A DNA stretch of 40,029 nucleotides from the IMG/VR virus record IMGVR_UViG_3300022666_000337, positions 1 through 40,029 of that record; one strand, given 5' to 3'. This DNA is from a virus (Duplodnaviria; Caudoviricetes). Below are positions 24,540 to 35,521 of this stretch, in pieces. Below the pieces are notes generated by a model. That model had not been told where the DNA came from. It ran no database searches and saw nothing but the letters and a program-made list of their open reading frames with translations. A program made the position numbers and the translations under genes. The stretch's first letter is position 1. Each line of letters begins with the position of its first letter.

Positions 24540-26783
24540 ATGGAAGACGAGATAATCATACTGATTGACGACGACGAGACCATCCTGGCAGAGATGGCGG
24601 AACAGGGTCCTCCCGGGTCTAAGGGAGACAAGGGGGACCCGGGCGAACCCGGGCCGCCGGGATCGCTTGAGCCTCATTACCATGACGCGGGTGACATCAC
24701 CCAGGATGCGGCGCACCGTTTCGTCTCCGACACCGAAAAATCGACCTGGGACGGCAAACAGGAGGCTCTTGGCTACACGCCTGTTGGCACGAACGACCCC
24801 CGGCTGTTGGATGCAAGGACACCTACCGCCCACAAAAGCAGTCACGCGTCGGGAGGTTCCGACGCTCTGTCCGCCGCGGATATCGGGGCCGCGGATGCAG
24901 GCCACAATCACGATCTGACGTATGCGCCGCTCATACATAATCATGATCTGGTCTACGCCGGGCTCGGTCACAACCATGACCTGACGTACTCGCCACTCGG
25001 GCATAACCATAGCGGCGTGTACCAGCCTCTCGCCAGTAATCTGACAGCCCTTGCCGGGCTTGATTCGGCTGCCGACCAGTTACCCTATTTCACCGGGACC
25101 GGTCAGGCAGGGCTCACGACCCTCACGGCATTCGCCCGGAACCTCCTTGGCGCCGCGGATGCGGCAACGGCCCGGGCCACACTCGGGGCGATCTCGGCAT
25201 CAGATTTCACGGCAACAGACATACTGAATCTGCTGATGACGGTAGACGGCATGGGGTCCGGACTTGACTCTGATTTTCTTGACGGTCAGTCAAGCGCCTA
25301 CTACCTCAATGCCGCTAACTTTACCGGTACCTTATCCCTGGACAGGCTTCCGGCTGTTTTGACGGGAAAAAGCGCCGACCAGGTCGATGGCTACCATGCC
25401 TCCACGACCGCCTCCGCAAATACAATCCCTGTCATCAACGACAGTGACAGGTTTGTTTTGTGGATGAGCGATAACGGAACCGACAAGTTTCAACTCGGCG
25501 GAACTGGAATCTTCAACTCCGGCGCATTGGCAAAGACGCTATCCCTTGTCTCTACAGCTACTACAGCGTATTCAGCTACTGCTGCGAATGCCGTTTCCAG
25601 GCTTACACTCCAGGGCGGGAATGCTTCCGGAGCTCAAACCGGAATCAGGTTCACGCATGGAGGGTCTGCTGAACTCTGGTATGGCATGGTGCAAGAGTCA
25701 AGCGGGGTCGGATCATTTGTGTGGCAGGGATACAGTGGAGCTGCTTATGCGGAGTGGGCGCGGCTGAATTCCTCCGGGCTGAAACTTGCCGTCAATATCG
25801 GCCTAAACGGGTCTTCTCCCAATGCAAGTTATGGTGTTTACGATAACAGTGTAAAAACTGACTCATCGTATCACGGCATGTATTTCGCCACCACCAATGT
25901 CATAACTGCGTCGTCAACACGCTACAGTTCCGGCCTGTATGTGAACCTGTACCATGCTGTTGCATCCGGAGTCATCAATTCAGGATGGTCGTATGGGGCC
26001 AACATGACCAATCTCCGAGCTTCAAAAGCGAACCAGGGGGATAGCGGCACAGTTGCCACGTTCGGAGGTATGTACGCAAATATAGGCCACTACGACGCAG
26101 ACTGGTCCGCAAACCCCTTGACTACCGACTGCATAGGATTACGGGTTGCCACGCAAATCAGAAGAGGCAAGATTCAAAACGCCTACGGAGCAATATTCCT
26201 CACCCCTGCCACCATATCCGTTACGAATTACTGGCCGACTACACCGGGGACAGCAGTTACCGCGGGGGTTACGATCATAAAAGACGATGTGATTACCACC
26301 AGGTACTTCGTCTGCACACAGACCGGTGTTACCGGGTCCATAAAACCATCTTTAACCGACGTTATAGGCGCCGAGTACGATGAATCACTGCTTGGCGGCG
26401 GCGGAACCTGTAAATGGGTTTGTGTGGACATCCCCTCGATCACGAACGAGTGGGGTGTCTATCAGCAGAGTAGCACCGGAAGGAACTATTTCGCCGGCAC
26501 CATCGGTATAGGGCAGACTTCGTGGGGAGTTGGGGGTACGAAAATTCTGGCTCTGGCCACGGGAGCCTATCCGACATCGTCCCCAGCCGACTGTGTACAA
26601 CTGGTGTCGAAAGACATCGCCGCCGGTCATGCTGCACTACATATCTGTAATGAGCCCGGCGACTGGATCAGGCTATACAAACAGAGCCATCTTGCCGACC
26701 CTACTGATTTGGCGACGTTGTTGACCTGGGCCGCTGCAATGAATACCAGGCAGGAAAATCTCGGCTTCCACGCAGCCGCATAA
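24540..26783 (+). CDS. Tail fibre / receptor-binding protein
   Basis: Collagen-like GPPGSKGDKGDPGEPGPPG; HNHD repeats; LPYFTG..A.LT.LT.FAR.LL; DG.GSGLDSD.LDG; lower-GC C-terminal half. Confidence 0.85.
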   Translation: MEDEIIILIDDDETILAEMAEQGPPGSKGDKGDPGEPGPPGSLEPHYHDAGDITQDAAHRFVSDTEKSTWDGKQEALGYTPVGTNDPRLLDARTPTAHKSSHASGGSDALSAADIGAADAGHNHDLTYAPLIHNHDLVYAGLGHNHDLTYSPLGHNHSGVYQPLASNLTALAGLDSAADQLPYFTGTGQAGLTTLTAFARNLLGAADAATARATLGAISASDFTATDILNLLMTVDGMGSGLDSDFLDGQSSAYYLNAANFTGTLSLDRLPAVLTGKSADQVDGYHASTTASANTIPVINDSDRFVLWMSDNGTDKFQLGGTGIFNSGALAKTLSLVSTATTAYSATAANAVSRLTLQGGNASGAQTGIRFTHGGSAELWYGMVQESSGVGSFVWQGYSGAAYAEWARLNSSGLKLAVNIGLNGSSPNASYGVYDNSVKTDSSYHGMYFATTNVITASSTRYSSGLYVNLYHAVASGVINSGWSYGANMTNLRASKANQGDSGTVATFGGMYANIGHYDADWSANPLTTDCIGLRVATQIRRGKIQNAYGAIFLTPATISVTNYWPTTPGTAVTAGVTIIKDDVITTRYFVCTQTGVTGSIKPSLTDVIGAEYDESLLGGGGTCKWVCVDIPSITNEWGVYQQSSTGRNYFAGTIGIGQTSWGVGGTKILALATGAYPTSSPADCVQLVSKDIAAGHAALHICNEPGDWIRLYKQSHLADPTDLATLLTWAAAMNTRQENLGFHAAA
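24903..25034 (+). repeat. Four degenerate 33-bp coding repeats (HNHDLTYAPLI-type)
   Basis: HNHDLTYAPLI/HNHDLVYAGLG/HNHDLTYSPLG/HNHSGVYQPLA. Confidence 0.75.
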
Positions 26784-26798
26784 AAAGCAGGAGGATTC

Positions 26799-27041
26799 AT
26801 GTTCAAGCTCACAAACACGCAGGACTCAAGGGTAACTTGCGGAAAAGTTAACAAAGTGATCATCGAGCCCGAACACTTCGATACCCCGAATACCACTATC
26901 GAATTTCACCAGGGATATATGGACGGGGATCGTTTTGTGTCGCTGGGCGCAGATTCAATCTGTTTTACCGGAGAGGATTATGTTGAGAGCGTGACGGCAA
27001 CTGACTATGAGGCCTTCCTCGTCTCGAAAATCGGAGGATAA
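26799..27041 (+). CDS. Small fibre-associated hypothetical protein
   Basis: AGGAGG SD; follows the fibre gene. Confidence 0.65.
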   Translation: MFKLTNTQDSRVTCGKVNKVIIEPEHFDTPNTTIEFHQGYMDGDRFVSLGADSICFTGEDYVESVTATDYEAFLVSKIGG

Positions 27042-27311
27042 ATGGGACAGGAAATCAAACAGGAAATCGTAATACACGAAAACCAGAGGCAAATCCTGTT
27101 GGACCTCATGCGGAGTGAACGGGAGATTCGTGGACAGATGAATCTCACCATGGGCGTCATCCTCGCCGGGCATGGAATTGATCCGGCATCAACAGAGGTA
27201 AAATACCGGCTCTCACCTGATGCGACCAAGCTCATTGCCGAACAACAGCCTGGGGCTCCTGAACCGCCCAAGGGCAATCTGGCAGACAAGAAGGCAGTTT
27301 ATAAAACGTGA
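27042..27311 (+). CDS. Small hypothetical protein
   Basis: GGAGG SD; GTGA overlap with the tape measure gene. Confidence 0.65.
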   Translation: MGQEIKQEIVIHENQRQILLDLMRSEREIRGQMNLTMGVILAGHGIDPASTEVKYRLSPDATKLIAEQQPGAPEPPKGNLADKKAVYKT

Positions 27312-30300
27312 CTGACAACAGAGTCCAAATAGTCATCGCAACGCGCGATGAGTCATCAGGTGCCGTTAAGGCCATCCAGGGGTCGTTCGACTCCCTGGCA
27401 ACCCACGTCACGGCGATCTCCTTTGCCTTCAATCAGGTAAAATCCGCCGTTGATACGGTCCTGTCTGCCATCAAACCGGTGATCGATACCACCCTCCAGT
27501 TCGAGAAGATAAACGCCATCTTTACCACCCTCACCGGCTCAGCGGCCGGTGCGGCGCAGGAGATGGAATTCGTCAGGGGCGAAGCAAGACGCCTTGGACT
27601 GGACTTGACTACCTCTGCTGAGGCTTATGGCAAATTTGCCAACGCGGCTAAAGGCACCGCCCTGGAGGGTGAGCAGACGCGGAAGATCTTCAGCGGAGTT
27701 GCCGAGGCGGCCCGGGCAATGGGTCTCTCGGGTGAAGAAACCGAGGGAGCGCTGCTGGCGCTCTCTCAGATGATGAGCAAGGGTACTGTTTCTGCCGAGG
27801 AGCTCAAGGGGCAACTCGGAGAACGCCTGAGCGGTGCATTCCAACTTGCTGCCCAGTCTATGGGAATGACCACGCAGCAACTCAATAAACAGCTTGAAGT
27901 CGGCGGGCTGATGTCGAATGATCTCCTGCCGAAGCTGGCCGTGCGGATGCACGAGACCTACGGTAAAGCAGCAGCAGAGGCGGCAAAAGGTGGCGCATCG
28001 GCCATCAACAATTTCAAAAATGCTGTTACCGAATCGTACAACGAACTGGGCAAAGCTGTCATGCCGACAATCGCGACAGCCCTGAACGCCATAGCTGCCA
28101 ATTTTTCTGCCATCACCACCGCCGTTGAGGTTCTAGCAGCCGCCGGCGCCGCCGTGGTGATCGGCAGGATCGGGGAAGCGGCGGTTGTCTCGGCAGCGCA
28201 GCAGATCCAATTCGTCCGGGCAGTTGTTTCAGGGAATGCCGTGCTGCTGGACAGCCGGTCAGTGGCAAAGGCAAAGGCGCAAGCAGAGTTGGAAGCAGCC
28301 CGGGCAGTCGAGGCGCACAAAATCGCTCTTCTCGACAAGGCAAGGGCCGAGGTGATTGCCGCCAATGCCACCCGGGCCGTTTTCATGATTACGGTCAGAA
28401 AGGCACAGGCTAATCAGGCGCTGGCAGTTGCTGAGGCTGAATTGGCATTCCAATCGAGCGCCACCACTCTAGCCAAGAATCGCTATGCCGCTGCCGCAGG
28501 GAGGGCCACGCTCGCGTCCCGAGCGGCTGCCGGGGCCGCGTCTTTGCTCACCGGCGCCATGAACATGATGGGCGGCCCGATCGGCATGGTGGTCGTCGCC
28601 CTGGGGGCTTTGGTCTGGAGTCTGAAATCGATCGACCGCGAGGTGAAAGAGCAGTATGCCAAGCGGAAGCAGGAACAGGAATCGGCAGAGGCCGACGCCC
28701 GCCAGGGAGTAGCCGACGCCAAGGCCCGGGAAGACCGCCTGGTTGAAATCCTGGGCGATTCCACGGAAAAGCAGATAAACGAGCTGAAGCGCAAGACCCA
28801 GGAGAAGCTGGCACAACAGGACCTCGACGAGAAAGCGGATGTGGATGCCCTCCGGAAGGCGGGCTTCAATTTCGATGAGTACCTGAAGATCCTGGCGAAA
28901 CACCGAAAGGCTCGGGCAAAGATCATCGAAGATGGGCAGAAGGCCGAAAAGGAACTGTATGCAAAGGAAAGCCTTGCCAACCTGGAGGACCGAAAAAAGC
29001 AGCTCAAGGTTGATGAAGACTATTTCGCCGCCTTGGGTAATTTGCGTGAAAGGGACAGGGCCGCCCTGGATCAACAGTATGTCGAAGCACTGAAACAGGT
29101 CGAGACATACTACGCCGCGCAGAAGGCCAAGGCTGAAGAGTCGGGCGTCAGCCTGCCGGCCCTGGAAGAGCAGAGGCAGAAGGCGGTGTTCCAGGTCCAG
29201 CAGCTCTATGCCGTGAAACGCGGGCTCCTTGGGGAAGAGGAGAAGAAACGCGCCCTGGAGATCACGACCTCGGAGGGAAACGAGCGGATCGCCCTGATCC
29301 GTCAGCAGATTGCCGACCGGGTCCGGACCGAGATCGATGGCGAAAGGGAGATTGCCGACATCCAGGCGGATCTTGCCGGTCGCGAATACGAAATTGCACA
29401 ACGAAACTTCGACCAGATATCCGCCGTCTACCGCCGGGACAGCAAGGAATACATCGAGGCGCACAAGGCCAAGGAACAGGCGCTCGTAAAGCTGACCGCC
29501 GCCGAGAACACCATTACGCAAAGGGCCGAGGAGGAGCGCAAGCAGCAGCTGGAGAAATCCTCCCTCGACTACCGGATGGAACTGCACCGCCGCCTGGACT
29601 GGCTGATAGACAGCGAGCGCGACGGCCTCATCACCTGCCGGCAGGCAGCCCGCGACAAGCTGGAAGCCGAAGTCACCTACCTGAGACAGGTGGCCGACCT
29701 GAAGGCCCGCGCCGTACGAGACACCACGCCGGACAGCGTGGAGTACAAGCAGGCCCTCACTGCCCGGTATGAAGCCGACCGGGAGTACTACGAAAAGAAA
29801 CAGGAACTCGACCGGGTTCAGGTTGAGAGTTTCCGCCATGCGGTCAAGGAACAGGAAGAGGCTGAATGGCGGCGGATGGAGGCTTCCCTCGAACGCAAAT
29901 CGAGGTTGACCGAGGAGTGGGAGCAATCCCTCGCTGAAACCAGCGAGTTTGCCGGCGGGTTCTACGAACAGTGGGACCGGATCACCAATGAGGTGGCAGC
30001 CCTCGGCCCCAAGGTTGCCGCGGCATTCCATGTCCCTCTCACCGCCTCTCTCGATTCCGCCGAAGACCTGCGCCGGAAGCTGGCCGAGGTGGCAGAGGAA
30101 GTGCTCAAGGCCGGGGAGATGGCCCGGGAATCGGGGCTGTTCTCGCGTCTCCTGGGCGAGCACGCCCGCGAGGCGGAACAGCTCACCTACCGCTACTACT
30201 CACAGCGCCTGGCCGTGGCCGAGTTGACCGAGCAGCTCAAAACAATGGGGCAGGCCACCGAGTACCAGGTTCGGCACGCCAATAACCTGATCAAGGAGAT

Positions 30301-31078
30301 GGACCTGCTGGACACATCCGACCTGGAAGGGATCAGGAGCGAGGTGGATCGCCTGACCGAGTCCCTCAAGGAGGCCGAGGAGCAGGCGAAAGACACGGTC
30401 GGCAGCCTCAGGGATGAGCTGGACGAGATGCTCGGCAACCGGACCGCCATCGAGGAGCGGGACTACCAGACCAAGAAAGACGAGCTCCTGGCCAAGCTGG
30501 CAGACGCCCAGCAGGCGGGCAATCTGGCCATCGTCCAGGAATACCGGGAGGCTCTCACGCTGCTGGAGGAAATCCACAAGCGGAAGATGGCCAACATCCA
30601 GGAGGAAGCCGCGGCGGCAAAAAAGGCGGCCCTCGAATCCTCCGTATCGTCTGCAACCGCCATCCCCGGCTTCGCCGGCGGCGGGCGGTTCCCGGGGCCT
30701 GACAGCCCGGTGGACAACCTGATAGTTAAGGTGCGCTCCGGGGAATGGGGCATCAAGAACGAGTCCGTCAGGTTCTGGGAGAGCAATATCGGCCGGGGAT
30801 TCATGGCCGGGATCAACGACCCGCTCTCGGCCGCCGGACGCCAGATCTGGGAGCGATTGACTGCTAAAGCGGCCGCCTGGAAAGAGTACCTCTACATCCC
30901 CACGCCCAGGGTGGGTTTCGCATCCGGCGGGGCGTTCTCCGACGCGGCGGCCTTCCAAGGGCAAGCGGCCGCAGGGACGCCGATGGTGGTGAACATTTAC
31001 GCGCAGCGCCTGGACGAAGCCACGGTCCGCCGGGAAGTCCTCCCGGTATTTGAAAAGGTGATGAAACTGAAATCATGA
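27308..31078 (+). CDS. Tape measure protein
   Basis: 1256 aa, Ala-rich and helical; ALSQMMSKG.VSAEELKGQLGERL tape-measure domain; C-terminal FAGGG..GP. Confidence 0.93.
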   Translation: MTDNRVQIVIATRDESSGAVKAIQGSFDSLATHVTAISFAFNQVKSAVDTVLSAIKPVIDTTLQFEKINAIFTTLTGSAAGAAQEMEFVRGEARRLGLDLTTSAEAYGKFANAAKGTALEGEQTRKIFSGVAEAARAMGLSGEETEGALLALSQMMSKGTVSAEELKGQLGERLSGAFQLAAQSMGMTTQQLNKQLEVGGLMSNDLLPKLAVRMHETYGKAAAEAAKGGASAINNFKNAVTESYNELGKAVMPTIATALNAIAANFSAITTAVEVLAAAGAAVVIGRIGEAAVVSAAQQIQFVRAVVSGNAVLLDSRSVAKAKAQAELEAARAVEAHKIALLDKARAEVIAANATRAVFMITVRKAQANQALAVAEAELAFQSSATTLAKNRYAAAAGRATLASRAAAGAASLLTGAMNMMGGPIGMVVVALGALVWSLKSIDREVKEQYAKRKQEQESAEADARQGVADAKAREDRLVEILGDSTEKQINELKRKTQEKLAQQDLDEKADVDALRKAGFNFDEYLKILAKHRKARAKIIEDGQKAEKELYAKESLANLEDRKKQLKVDEDYFAALGNLRERDRAALDQQYVEALKQVETYYAAQKAKAEESGVSLPALEEQRQKAVFQVQQLYAVKRGLLGEEEKKRALEITTSEGNERIALIRQQIADRVRTEIDGEREIADIQADLAGREYEIAQRNFDQISAVYRRDSKEYIEAHKAKEQALVKLTAAENTITQRAEEERKQQLEKSSLDYRMELHRRLDWLIDSERDGLITCRQAARDKLEAEVTYLRQVADLKARAVRDTTPDSVEYKQALTARYEADREYYEKKQELDRVQVESFRHAVKEQEEAEWRRMEASLERKSRLTEEWEQSLAETSEFAGGFYEQWDRITNEVAALGPKVAAAFHVPLTASLDSAEDLRRKLAEVAEEVLKAGEMARESGLFSRLLGEHAREAEQLTYRYYSQRLAVAELTEQLKTMGQATEYQVRHANNLIKEMDLLDTSDLEGIRSEVDRLTESLKEAEEQAKDTVGSLRDELDEMLGNRTAIEERDYQTKKDELLAKLADAQQAGNLAIVQEYREALTLLEEIHKRKMANIQEEAAAAKKAALESSVSSATAIPGFAGGGRFPGPDSPVDNLIVKVRSGEWGIKNESVRFWESNIGRGFMAGINDPLSAAGRQIWERLTAKAAAWKEYLYIPTPRVGFASGGAFSDAAAFQGQAAAGTPMVVNIYAQRLDEATVRREVLPVFEKVMKLKS

Positions 31079-34000
31079 GCATTCAACGCATCCTCGCCAA
31101 CAACCGAAACGCCGTGTCCTCCGCCGTTCTCACGGCCTCCGCGGTACAACCGGCAGCCGCCGTGTTCCCGGGCAAGGCGACCCGCCGGGGCTCCGGCTCC
31201 GTCCGTCTGGCCGGTTCCTACACCGGCCATGATGACGCCGAGTTCGAGGTCAGGATAGTCTCCGACCTGGGCGCCGGCCGCATATCCTCACCGGTGTTCG
31301 CGGGCGTGGGCAGCGGCGGCCTGGTGGATGTCTCGGCCGCCGATGTGCCGGCCCAGTCCATCGAGGTGGAGCTGGTGAGCCTGGGGACGGCCTCCCAGGC
31401 CGCCTGCCTGGATTTCTACGGCGTGCGACTGGTGGCGAAAATCACGGGCGCCGCCGGCAATGACATCAGCCTGTTCGTCCGGGAGGATCTGACCGCGTCC
31501 GCCACATCCTTCTCGCTGCTCAGCGACATCGAGCCGGGGGAAGACACCTTCGGCGGCGAGGAGTGGGAATGGACCGGCATCACCCGGACGTTGCCCGCTT
31601 CGGGCACGCTGCCGGAGGATTGCCCCCGCATCCGCATCCAGGGGGACCCGACGGTCTACCGCCAGTATCGGGAGTACACCTCCGACGGCTGGCTGTATCA
31701 CCTGTCACCCACGCCCACGGTCAAGCTGGCGGCAGGCTCAAAGATATTCCTCGTCACCGGCAGCCGCACCGTCACGGCGGCGGATGGGAGGACCACGGAA
31801 ATCTATCCCGGCATCGTCACCCTGTTCGACCTGCTGTCGGCTCTCCGGAGCCGGTCCCGGCTCATCACCGTGCAGGGCGTGGTCTCCCTGAATCTCGCGC
31901 CCGGGGGCATGGCGGCCCTGGACCTGCCCCTGCGCACGTCCGCCAAGGCCAACCCGCCGACCATCAGCGGCTGGTACGAGCTGAAAGACTTCCCGGATTC
32001 GCTGGAGGTGAAGCCGGCGGCCCCGACCGAGATCATCTCTCTGGAGTACCGGGGAGACAGCCTCTGGACCGTGCGGGGAACCGTGTCCGGAGTCCTTCCC
32101 AATGCCCGGACCGGCGTACCGTACAGCGAAGTATCGAGCCCGATCTCGTTCACCATTCCGCCCGCCCAATCGTCGCCGGGCAGCGGCGCGGAGGTCGGCG
32201 GAATCAGGCTTTTGGCCATCGAGTACCAGACCCGCGATCCCCTGCTCGGCGAATACGAGCCGCCGGTCATTATCGCCGCCGGCAAGCTGGGCATCAACGG
32301 TACCGCCAAAACAATCGTTGCTACCTACCGGAAGAACAGAAAGGCCCTCAACTGCGACATCGAACCCAGGCCCGCGGCGATATCGAATTACTGCCTGGGC
32401 CTGCCCGAAGGAGGTGGTTTTATGGAACTGGACCCGGCCTATGCGAGCCGGCTGCAATCGCTCTACCAGTGGCGGCATGATTTCATCACGGCGAACACGA
32501 CGCCGCCGGGCACTCCCGGGACGTCGCTCCTGATGCGGTACACCGTGACGTATGAATACCTCACCCTGGGCGACGTCAATCCCGGCTGGCATCAACAGAC
32601 CTATCATGCCGACAGTTCCCGGGCCGTGGTCGATTTCATGGCCGGTGTCGCGAATTCCGGCCTCTACCGCAACTGGGGTCCGATCACGTCGGCGGTGATC
32701 GGACAATCCTACGACTCGGCCGCGTACTACCTGGCGGCGGAATCGGATATCGCCTGGATGGAGCGCTGCTTCAGCCTGCTGCTCAATGCCCTGGAAAAGA
32801 TCTACACCTACCCCACCGCATTGAGCATGTGGGACAGCCTGCGGGCCGAGGTGCTCAGCCATCTGGCCGTTCTGACCAGTACGGCCCGGGACGATATCCT
32901 CTCCTCCCGGGACTCGTTCCTTACCCGCTATTACTCGGAGATCGATCTGATCTACCTCGCCGCCGGAATAGTGCCGGGAAAAACTGACGGCTCCAGCATG
33001 GCTGGGTGTTGGAGCGACAAGGGCTCGGAGTATTACTGGGAGCTGTCGGACGGTTACGCTCCCGCGTTTACTGACGAGGTCTATTACAGCACCACGTTTG
33101 ACGGCAGGAACACGAAAGAATTCGCCTTTCTCATTTCCTGCCGGTGTACGCAGTATCTGAAAGAAGGAGATAGACTCACGATTTCCATCGCCGGGGCAAC
33201 GGGTTCAGGAGGCGGTAGCTCGGCGAGTATTACCATCCCCATTATCGCCGGAAGCCCCCGGTTCCTCTCGGGCGGAGCGGCCGGAGACGACACCCTGGTC
33301 TGGGACGTGCGCGGATCGGCGACATCGTTCCCGCAGCTGTTGATGGACGCCTCTCCGGTCCGCTACGAGGCCCAGGGGCTGGCCTTTACCCTGGCGACCG
33401 GCGGGATACCGTTCGGCCTGGGGGACCTGTTTACCTTCTCCATCGAGGGAGGGGAGTTCTCCTGGAGCAAGAACGGGGGGGCCTGGAGTCCTGCCCTGCC
33501 CCTGGCGAGCGCGTACCTGGCCGACGGCCTATCGGCAGTGTTTACGCCCGGCGCCTATCCGTCGTTCGTGGCCGGCGACCGGTTCCGCTTCACGGCCCGG
33601 CAGCCACACTCCCCCGGGTACATTGCAGAGCCCTCCCCGGAGCAATGGCGCTGGGATTCCGCGGGAGTCACGTTGACCATGGACTTCGGCGCTGAGACCG
33701 ACATCGACAGCCTGGCCCTTGCCCGTCACGACCTGCCCGCGGAGGCTGAGATCACGGTGGAAACGAGCGGCGACGGTCAGGACTGGACCCCGATTGCAAT
33801 CCTGTCCGCGGCACATCCGGTCATCGCCTGGATTCCCCCGGAGAAGGTCGCCACCCGCTTCCTTCGCCTCACCGTCAACGCGGCCGGGGCAATCGGCTGG
33901 ATCTTCGCGGGCCGGGCATTGACCACGGAGCTGGCGCCCGAGACCATTACCCTGAGAAAGCAATACGACTTGACCCACGGTCCGCGCGAGGGGGCGGTCT

Positions 34001-34272
34001 ATGGCGGCCAGGGGCGCGCGGGGAAGATAGAGTGGCGCAACTTCATTTCTAAGGCCGAGTTCGACGAACATTTAACAGCCGTTGAATACTGCAAAACAAA
34101 CGGTGATCTCCCCCTGGTGGTGATCCCCCACCACCTCCACCCGCAAGAGGCCATGCTGGTGAGGGTGGAGACGGACGGAATCGATATCGTGGACGAATTG
34201 CAGTTCCATCCCAATGATTCCACGCAGCGGATGCTCAGCCTGTCGCTGCCGTTCGCGCCGGTGCTGCAATGA
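31075..34272 (+). CDS. Large tail/distal-tail structural protein
   Basis: 1065 aa, beta-rich; ATGA overlap with the tape measure gene. Confidence 0.7.
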   Translation: MSIQRILANNRNAVSSAVLTASAVQPAAAVFPGKATRRGSGSVRLAGSYTGHDDAEFEVRIVSDLGAGRISSPVFAGVGSGGLVDVSAADVPAQSIEVELVSLGTASQAACLDFYGVRLVAKITGAAGNDISLFVREDLTASATSFSLLSDIEPGEDTFGGEEWEWTGITRTLPASGTLPEDCPRIRIQGDPTVYRQYREYTSDGWLYHLSPTPTVKLAAGSKIFLVTGSRTVTAADGRTTEIYPGIVTLFDLLSALRSRSRLITVQGVVSLNLAPGGMAALDLPLRTSAKANPPTISGWYELKDFPDSLEVKPAAPTEIISLEYRGDSLWTVRGTVSGVLPNARTGVPYSEVSSPISFTIPPAQSSPGSGAEVGGIRLLAIEYQTRDPLLGEYEPPVIIAAGKLGINGTAKTIVATYRKNRKALNCDIEPRPAAISNYCLGLPEGGGFMELDPAYASRLQSLYQWRHDFITANTTPPGTPGTSLLMRYTVTYEYLTLGDVNPGWHQQTYHADSSRAVVDFMAGVANSGLYRNWGPITSAVIGQSYDSAAYYLAAESDIAWMERCFSLLLNALEKIYTYPTALSMWDSLRAEVLSHLAVLTSTARDDILSSRDSFLTRYYSEIDLIYLAAGIVPGKTDGSSMAGCWSDKGSEYYWELSDGYAPAFTDEVYYSTTFDGRNTKEFAFLISCRCTQYLKEGDRLTISIAGATGSGGGSSASITIPIIAGSPRFLSGGAAGDDTLVWDVRGSATSFPQLLMDASPVRYEAQGLAFTLATGGIPFGLGDLFTFSIEGGEFSWSKNGGAWSPALPLASAYLADGLSAVFTPGAYPSFVAGDRFRFTARQPHSPGYIAEPSPEQWRWDSAGVTLTMDFGAETDIDSLALARHDLPAEAEITVETSGDGQDWTPIAILSAAHPVIAWIPPEKVATRFLRLTVNAAGAIGWIFAGRALTTELAPETITLRKQYDLTHGPREGAVYGGQGRAGKIEWRNFISKAEFDEHLTAVEYCKTNGDLPLVVIPHHLHPQEAMLVRVETDGIDIVDELQFHPNDSTQRMLSLSLPFAPVLQ

Positions 34273-34604
34273 TTCTTCTGGTACGCATCGACACCGATCC
34301 GGTTCTCTCGTTTTACCGGGTCAGCCGGGCTTTGCCGTTCATTACCGGCGTCGCCTACCGGAGGTTGGTGACGGTGGGGACCATCAGGAGGCCGCTCCAG
34401 GTGGGGGGCGGATCGGAGAACGCGAACTGCTCCGTCACGCTGGATAACGGCGACGGGCATTTGACCCCTTTGTTCGCCGTTCCCCCTTTCCGGCGGCGAA
34501 CGGCAATCGACGACGTATCGACCGGCAGGGCCGTGCGGCTCTTTACCGGCACGGTGACCGGGGTGACCCTGGGACCGGAAATTACCCTGGATCTGGAGGC
34601 ATAA
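34269..34604 (+). CDS. Putative tail tip protein
   Basis: SVTLDNGDG.L..LF motif; coupled to upstream gene. Confidence 0.6.
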   Translation: MILLVRIDTDPVLSFYRVSRALPFITGVAYRRLVTVGTIRRPLQVGGGSENANCSVTLDNGDGHLTPLFAVPPFRRRTAIDDVSTGRAVRLFTGTVTGVTLGPEITLDLEA

Positions 34605-34608
34605 TAGC

Positions 34609-35220
34609 ATGGGAATTGTAACTGAATGGAAATACGGGGCCGACGGGTTGTTCGGCTCGTCTCTCGGGGCCACCGACAAACTGGCGTTTTCCGGCGCCTC
34701 CAATACGCGGAGCGCCATCAGCGTGGACGCCTGGAATCCGGCGACGATTGTGGTTGATGCCGCCCTCACTTTCCTGGCGGCGGCGAGAAATTGCCGCTAT
34801 GTGAGCCCTTCGCAGGTATCACTCCAGGAGTCGGCCGCCGTGACCCTGGCGGCCGCGAACGTGGCCCAGGCAGATTGCACCGTGAAGGTGGAATGGAAAG
34901 ACGACGCCATGAATACGGCGCTGTCCAACTGCAAGTTCTACGCGTACGACGGCGTCACCGCCACCGAGGCCCCTGCCGGGTGCAAGGTGGTGGCTTTCGA
35001 GCGGACCGCCGACGCGATCCGCACGAACCGGATCGGGGGCGATGCAGCGGGGAAGGCGTGGGACGCCGCCTACGGGATCGGCGGGAACGGGAACGCCCTG
35101 TCCCTGGCGGACCAGGCATCGAGCGCGGACCATGCGTTTTACCTCGGTCTCAGCCTGAAACCCACAACCTATGGCCAGAACAGCGGCATCAAGCTCCGGG
35201 TGGAATTCGATGTCTCTTGA
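34609..35220 (+). CDS. Hypothetical virion protein
   Basis: GGAGG SD; beta-rich; in the tail block. Confidence 0.65.
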   Translation: MGIVTEWKYGADGLFGSSLGATDKLAFSGASNTRSAISVDAWNPATIVVDAALTFLAAARNCRYVSPSQVSLQESAAVTLAAANVAQADCTVKVEWKDDAMNTALSNCKFYAYDGVTATEAPAGCKVVAFERTADAIRTNRIGGDAAGKAWDAAYGIGGNGNALSLADQASSADHAFYLGLSLKPTTYGQNSGIKLRVEFDVS

Positions 35221-35521
35221 TTTCGGCCCGCTCATCATCACCGATGCGCATGGCAGGACCCATTCCGGGATCCGGCCGTCGCTGCTGAAACGGCCGTTTG
35301 CGCGGGTGGGGCTGGCCCTGCCCGGTGCGCGGCGCGAATGCCGGTACCCGGCGGGTCTGACGCCGGTCGGCTTCGACGCGGCGGTCAACGTGAGTATTGA
35401 CCCCTGCGCACCGGCGGATACCGTGGTCAGATTCCGCCTGGTTGCCCTGATGCCTGACGGTCGCAGATGGCATAATTTGTATGACCACCGGGGCAACCTG
35501 GTCGACGAGGGCTGGATGTAA
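35210..35521 (+). CDS. Hypothetical tail-region protein
   Basis: Overlaps neighbours at both ends (MSLDFGP...). Confidence 0.55.
   Translation: MSLDFGPLIITDAHGRTHSGIRPSLLKRPFARVGLALPGARRECRYPAGLTPVGFDAAVNVSIDPCAPADTVVRFRLVALMPDGRRWHNLYDHRGNLVDEGWM

Noticed and set aside
28469-30163. Long minus-strand ORFs (also 31738-32862, 34819-35925, 15999-16964, 10673-11623)
   Set aside because: Antisense shadows of well-supported + strand genes in GC-rich DNA; no motifs.
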